A stretch of DNA of 64,000 nt from a bacterium (GTDB lineage Bacteria; Chloroflexota; Dormibacteria; Aeolococcales; Bog-877), in contig JAKATL010000003.1 in the NCBI GenBank assembly GCA_021827985.1, positions 3,155 to 67,154 on the forward strand, written 5' to 3'. Position 1 is the first letter of the stretch, and every line of letters begins with the position of its first letter. A model generated the notes under the pieces. That model was not told the DNA's origin. It made no database searches and worked only from the letters and a program-made list of their open reading frames with translations. This document shows positions 59,336 through 64,000 of the stretch, in pieces. A program made the translations under genes and the position numbers.

Positions 59336-60768
59336 CCCGCCTCGGAATCCCCGGGTGGCCGGAGCCTCCCGCCCGTCTCCACTTCCTGGGCATCTGCGGC
59401 TACGCCGTCTCCGGGCTGGCCCTGGCCCTGGCGAAGCTGGGGTACCGGGTCAGCGGCTCGGACGAGGATCCCTATCCCCCGACCACCGACCTCCTCCGGG
59501 CTGCCGGCATCCCCTACGCCGGCCGGCACAGCGAGGGCGCCCTCACCGCCTTCGGGCGCCCGGACCTGGTGATCCTGGGAAACCAGGTCCAGCCCGGCAA
59601 CCCCGAGCTGGCGGCGGCCCTCAAGGCCGGCCTCGAGGTGGTCTCGGAGGCCGAGGCCCAGGGCCGGCTGGCGGCGTCGCGGCCCCGGGCGGTGGTCTGC
59701 GGAACCCACGGCAAGACCACCACGTCCACCCTGCTGGCCCACATGCTGGAGGTGGCGGGGATGGGGCCGGGCTTCCGCCTCGGGGCCACCTCGCGCAACT
59801 TCGGGGTCTCGGTGCGCCTGGGGGAGCTGGAGCGCCGCTCGCCCTTCGTATTCGAGGGGGACGAGTACACCACCTCGGCCCTGGACCGGAGGGCCAAGTT
59901 CCTGCACTGGAGCCCGGACTACGTCGGGGTCCTCAACCTGGAGCTCGACCACCCTGACCTCTACGCCGACCTGGAGGCCTACCGGGCCCCGTACCTTGAG
60001 CTGGTGGCCGGAATGCCCCCCTCGGGGCGGCTCCTCCTCCGGGCCGACGATCCGGCCGTCCGGGAGCTGGCGGTGGCGGCCAGCTGCCCGGTGACCTTGG
60101 TCGGTGGGGAGGAGGGGGAGTGGCGGCTCCAGCCCTCCCCTCGCACTGTGCCCGAAGGCCAGCTGCTGCAGGTGAGCGGGCCCCGGGGGCTGCGGCTAGC
60201 CATGCAACTCCCCCTCTTCGGCCTGCACAACGCCGAGAACGCCCTCATGGCACTGGCCCTGGCGGTCGCCCTGGGTGCCGACCCGGCGGCCGCGGCCGGA
60301 GCCGCCGCAAGCTTCAAGGGTCCGGGCCGGCGTTTCGAAATCCTGGGGGAGGCGGGTGGGGCCATCGTGGTGGACGACTATGCCCACCACCCCACCAAGC
60401 TGCGGGCGACCGTGGCCGCAGCCCGCCAGATGGCCCCCGGGCGCCAGCTGATCCTGGTCCACGTCCCCCACACCTACTCGCGCACCCGGGCTCTGCTGCC
60501 GGAGTACCGGGAGGCCTTCCGGGGGGCCGACGTCCTGATCCTCGGCCCCATCGAGCCGGCCCGGGAGCGTCACCTTGAGGGGTCGGTCAGCTCCGAGGAC
60601 GTGGCGAGGCTGGTGGAGGGGCCGGAGGTGGTCCTGGTCCGATCCGCCGGGGAAGCGGTGTCCGCGGTGCTCGAGAGGGTCCGGCCGCCGGCGCTGGTGG
60701 TCTGCTGCTCGGTCCGGGGCTTCGATCAGGTGGCGGAGCGCCTGCTGGAGGCCCTGAGGGACCGGTAG
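59332..60768 (+). CDS. murC: Mur-ligase-family enzyme in the murC position, sequence more Mpl-like (UDP-MurNAc:tripeptide ligase) than canonical MurC
   Basis: GICGYAVSGLA...DEDPYPPTTDLL...GNQVQPGNP...VCGTHGKTTTSTLLAHML...FEGDEY...DDYAHHPT. The YPP and GICG motifs are Mpl hallmarks from memory (MurC has GIGGxGMS). GTGA overlap with murG. Confidence 0.75.
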   Translation: MTRLGIPGWPEPPARLHFLGICGYAVSGLALALAKLGYRVSGSDEDPYPPTTDLLRAAGIPYAGRHSEGALTAFGRPDLVILGNQVQPGNPELAAALKAGLEVVSEAEAQGRLAASRPRAVVCGTHGKTTTSTLLAHMLEVAGMGPGFRLGATSRNFGVSVRLGELERRSPFVFEGDEYTTSALDRRAKFLHWSPDYVGVLNLELDHPDLYADLEAYRAPYLELVAGMPPSGRLLLRADDPAVRELAVAASCPVTLVGGEEGEWRLQPSPRTVPEGQLLQVSGPRGLRLAMQLPLFGLHNAENALMALALAVALGADPAAAAGAAASFKGPGRRFEILGEAGGAIVVDDYAHHPTKLRATVAAARQMAPGRQLILVHVPHTYSRTRALLPEYREAFRGADVLILGPIEPARERHLEGSVSSEDVARLVEGPEVVLVRSAGEAVSAVLERVRPPALVVCCSVRGFDQVAERLLEALRDR

Positions 60769-61034
60769 TCGGCAAGGGTCCAACAAGGTTTCCCAAGTGA
60801 CCTGCGGGGACGGGGACTGGCTTCTTTGGCCCATCTGCGGCACACCTGTCAGGATAGGAGTCGGGGACGCCGACGCGAGCCGCGCTGGGGTCGTCCGGCC
60901 AACATTAGGCTGCGCGTTCGCCTTCCGCACGTCTGGGAGAGGTTGCAGCTCCCTCACCGTTGGTGGTCGGTGCCAGCAGGCTGAGGGAACTGCGAGGAGA
61001 TCAAAGAGCTACCGTTGGAGGGGGGTAGGCCCAC

Positions 61035-62400
61035 GGGGAAAGTCTGAATAAGGTAGGCCACGTCCCTTATGGTGGTGTAAAAAGCGGGACCCACCTAGAG
61101 CCTGAGGAGGGGCTGGGTGGGCCACCGTGCCAACGACCCTTTGCACAGACCAGGAGGACACGATGGCCCGTGCAAGCATGCCACTGGACGACCTGCTCCT
61201 GGCGCTGGGGGATCGGGACAAGGACGCCCTGAGGGTGATCCAGGAGCGGACGGTCCAGGATTCGCTGGAGGCGTAGTGGACCTGGGTGATCGGGGCCGGC
61301 CGCCACGAGTGGACCGAGTAGCGGGTCACCTACCGCAACGGCCACCGTCCCCGGACGCTGTACACCCGGGTGGGGAGGCTTCAGCTGGAGATCCCCAAGC
61401 TGCGCCAGGGGAGCTTCCTGCCCAGACTTCTGGAGCCGCGGCGGCGGACCGAGAGGGCGCTGTGGGCGGTGATCCAGGAGGCGGACGGGGTGTCCACCCG
61501 CAAGGTGGACGACCTGGCGGCGGCCATGAGGGGCTGCCAGGTGTCCAAGAGCGAGGTGAGCCGGATCTGCCAGGAGTTGGACCGGGAGCTGGCGGAGTTC
61601 CGGGAGCGGCCGCAGGACGATGCCCGGTACCCGTACATCTGGTTCGACGCCACCTACGAGAAGGTGTGGTTGGGGGCCCGGATTGTCGGCCAGGCGGTGG
61701 TGATCGTGGTGGGGGTGCGGGAGAGTGGCGAGAAGTGCGTGCTGGGGGTGGACGTGGCCTCCAGCGAGAGCCAGCAGTTCTGGCTTAAGTTCTGCCGCTC
61801 CCTGCTGGCCCGGGGACTCAAGGGGGTGCAGTTGGTGATCTCCGACGCCCATGTGGGGCTGAAGTAGGCGCTGGCCCAGTGCTTCCCCGGGCCGGCTGGC
61901 AGCGGTGCCGGGTCCACTTCCAGCGGGACCTGGTAACCGCCCTGCCCCGGCACGAGGCGCCGGCGGTGCTGGCCCTGGTGAGGACCATCTACGCTCAGCC
62001 CACCGGCGAGGCCGCTCGAGCCGCCATGGTCCAGGTGCTGGAGCGGCTGGAGCCTGCGGTACCCAAGGCGGCCAAGATGCTGCGCGAGGCCGAGGAGGAC
62101 ATCCTGGCCTGCCTGAGCTTCCCCCGGGAGCACCACAGCTCCATCAGTTCCCAGAGCGCCATTGAGCGGGTGAACGCCGAGGTGGATCGTCAGGCCAAGG
62201 TGGTGAGGATCTTCCCCAACCCCGCATCGCTGCTGCGACTGGCCACGGCCGCTCTCCGAGAGCAGCACGACGAGTGGCAGGACGGCAAGCGGCACTTCTC
62301 CCAGGCCTCCCTGGCTCAGCTCTCAGCTGACGGCCAGGTCCTCCTCACCGCTGGGCTGGTGGCCTGATGAGCAGCCTCCAGTCCCTGTCCAGAAACTCCA
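61035..62400 (+). mobile_element. IS256-family insertion sequence remnant
   Basis: Left end resembles IS256 inverted repeats (GGGAAAGTCTGAATAAGG...GGTGTAAAAAGC). Contains a mutator-type transposase gene with three TAG nonsense codons and a frameshift. No clean right inverted repeat found. Confidence 0.55.
61153..62367 (+). pseudogene. IS256-family (mutator-type) transposase pseudogene
   Basis: YRNGHRPRTLYTRVGRLQLEIPKLRQGSF...GVSTRKV...YPYIWFDATYEKVW...VVIVVGVRESGEKCVLG...LVISDAHVGLK-TAG, then frame-shifted AGWQRCRVHFQRDL...FPNPASLLRLATA. In-frame TAGs at about 61252, 61288 and 61865. Confidence 0.7.
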
Positions 62401-62615
62401 CCACATGAGGGGACTTGATGACTAACGAGAACGCCAATGGGCGCGCCGACCACTGCCCCCCACACGCCGCCCGACTCCCCTCGCCCCTCGTCTGGCACAA
62501 GCAGGCTCAGATGCCCCGCCGAGCTCCATCCACGTGCCTGCCTCACTCCCACCAAGGTGACATGGACCTGCTGGGTCCGCCAACCGGCTTGACAGGACCG
62601 CCCCGCCATGATAAA

Positions 62616-62637
62616 CCTGCTCAAGCGCTTGAGCAGG
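62616..62637 (+). promoter_or_regulatory. Perfect 22-bp palindrome CCTGCTCAAGCGCTTGAGCAGG, 190 nt upstream of the TRAP binding-protein gene
   Basis: Read directly from the sequence. Either a hairpin terminating the IS256 remnant or an operator for the downstream TRAP gene. Confidence 0.3.
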
Positions 62638-62830
62638 CCAAACGGCTTAGGCGCTGACATGCGGGTCCATCATCCCACTGGAGGTGCTCACGACTGACTG
62701 ACGTCTGATTCACCCTCGCGGCAGACTGGCAACGTGATGCCCCGAATGTAGCGGGGAGCTGGGATGTCCCTGCGCCCTATCAAGCCGGCTCCCCTGTCCC
62801 CGAGAACCACAACTGACTTGGAGTGCACAG

Positions 62831-63862
62831 ATGCGTTACCAAACCCATGGTCTTGGCGCCGTGGCGGCGGCACTGGCTGGAGTGAGCCTCCTGCTCGCTG
62901 GATGTGGGGCGTCCACCACGACGTCAAACAAGTCAGCTACGAAGAAGCAGCCACTCATCACAGCAAAGTTCGGATCTACATCTCCCGTCGACTCACTTGG
63001 AGGGGCTTCCGCAGCCTACTTCGCGCAGCAAGTCTTGAAGGACAGCGGCGGCCGCATCAAGATCACCGTATACCCGGACTCGGAACTTGGCGGAACTCCG
63101 GTCATCAACCAAGGCCTTCAGGCCGGGACGATACAGTTCACTTCGAACGACATTTTGGACCAGTATGTGCCATCGATAGACGTCTTCAACACCGCGTACC
63201 TTTTCCCGTCTGAAGCCATCGCGGACTCCGTGTTGAACAGCACAGCAGTGCGCAAGCTAATTTGGAACCAACTGGATTCCCATGGCATCCACATGCTCGA
63301 AGTGTGGCCTTCGGGCTTCACCGACATCTTCTCCACACAGCCAATAGGCAGCCCGCAGGCGCTCAAGGGGCTCAAGATTCGCACGTTCGTCCCAAACGTC
63401 GAGACCCCCGAGTACCAGGCCGTCGGGGCGGATGCAACCGATGTTGTTTATGACCAAGTCTTCACGGCCCTGTCTAGCCACCTAATCCAGGCTGTTACTG
63501 ACCCGCCTGACCTCGTGACTCCCTTGAAGTGGCAGCAGGCAGCGCCGTACGTCTCCATCGTCAACATGGCATATGTGACAACGCCCCTTCTAGTCTCGGA
63601 GTCATTCTGGAAGTCTCTGGACTCCGTGCAACAGGCGGAGATAAGCAAGGCTGCCGCGGCCAGCTTGAAATTTGAGGTGGCCCAGCTTAACCAGTACAAT
63701 GCACAGTCGCTCCAAACACTTGAGCAGGACCCAAGCGTCCACATACTCCACCCCTCCATAGCGGCATTCAAGTCAGCCTTCAGCGCAGCGTACCCGACCA
63801 TACAAGCCACGTTCCCGGTACTTCTCAAGATCCGGCAACTTGTCAAGGCTGCCAGCAAGTAG
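62831..63862 (+). CDS. dctP: TRAP transporter solute-binding lipoprotein (DctP family)
   Basis: Lipobox LLLAGCGAS. DctP-family fold. GC content about 55%, markedly lower than the window average. Confidence 0.8.
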   Translation: MRYQTHGLGAVAAALAGVSLLLAGCGASTTTSNKSATKKQPLITAKFGSTSPVDSLGGASAAYFAQQVLKDSGGRIKITVYPDSELGGTPVINQGLQAGTIQFTSNDILDQYVPSIDVFNTAYLFPSEAIADSVLNSTAVRKLIWNQLDSHGIHMLEVWPSGFTDIFSTQPIGSPQALKGLKIRTFVPNVETPEYQAVGADATDVVYDQVFTALSSHLIQAVTDPPDLVTPLKWQQAAPYVSIVNMAYVTTPLLVSESFWKSLDSVQQAEISKAAAASLKFEVAQLNQYNAQSLQTLEQDPSVHILHPSIAAFKSAFSAAYPTIQATFPVLLKIRQLVKAASK

Positions 63863-64000
63863 GCTCGAGCAGCGTTGCCCGTGGTTTGCGGACGCTCAGG
63901 TGAGTGGGGAACCTGCGGGTGCCCCCGCTCACCGTCCGCCCCGGCGCAATAGGGCGAACATGAACACCGAAGCGCGCCCTGACCCGGGTACCAAGGTGCC

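Noticed and set aside
60769-61034. Possible tRNA or small RNA in the non-coding gap between the ligase gene and the IS256 remnant
   Set aside because: No cloverleaf-compatible sequence (no GTTCRANYC T-loop with matching acceptor stem) could be found by eye. Probably degraded DNA at the IS junction.
61252-61867. Three in-frame TAG codons in the IS256 transposase considered as stop-codon recoding (amber read-through or alternative genetic code)
   Set aside because: None of the intact genes in the window contains an internal TAG, and the same ORF also carries a frameshift. Simple mutational decay (C-to-T) is the parsimonious explanation.

Overview
This window is about 64 kb of a very high-GC (about 68-70%) bacterial chromosome, gene-dense on both strands. 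The gene content (hopanoid biosynthesis, glutaredoxin, high-GC codon bias) suggests a soil actinobacterium- or Chloroflexi-like organism. Gene order along the window: arsR with an nrdH/glutaredoxin-like gene and an orphan groES; a molybdate/tungstate-type ABC transporter (binding protein, permease, ATPase) with an HTH-XRE/periplasmic-binding-protein-fusion regulator; a convergent block of aldehyde dehydrogenase, MBL-fold hydrolase and MscS channel; an MFS exporter and an APC permease; a promoter-led four-gene operon that I regard as the best candidate for an undescribed system (an unknown 134-aa protein, two paralogous proteins each built from two YbjQ/UPF0145 repeats, and an HDAC-family deacetylase) ending 4 nt from a convergent CobB-type sirtuin; a DUF2231-Rieske membrane protein and an orphan OmpR-type response regulator; a hopanoid core cluster (hpnA, a membrane-domain::HpnG fusion, hpnE-hpnD-hpnC-shc-FPP synthase-ispH); a Zn-dependent ADH and Lon protease; an accessory, IS-rich island at 32.9-38.8 kb (VOC gene truncated by a degenerate IS3-family element, an orphan lower-GC membrane-protein gene, an IS630-family pseudogene abutted by an intact IS1380-family element with 21-bp inverted repeats); NUDIX hydrolase, a catalytically dead membrane-anchored Ser/Thr pseudokinase, esterase, trpD, trmK, a zinc-ribbon gene with rnhA, a GH114 lipoprotein, a DUF1707 protein and a second decayed VOC gene; pstB-pstS-pstC-pstA preceded by four 11-bp-phased PHO-box-like direct repeats; RNase P RNA (rnpB); a reduced dcw cluster (mraZ-rsmH-ftsL-ftsI-mraY-ftsW-murG plus an Mpl-like Mur ligase, no murE/murF/murD, with a GTGGN MraZ-box) cut short by an IS256-family remnant carrying three in-frame TAG codons; and a lower-GC TRAP solute-binding protein gene. 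I found no CRISPR array, no rRNA and no confident tRNA. Most long Arg/Gly/Pro-rich ORFs in the six-frame track lie antisense to real genes and are GC-content artefacts. Coordinates I re-derived by hand may be off by 1-3 nt; product names are inferred from remembered family motifs, not from database searches.
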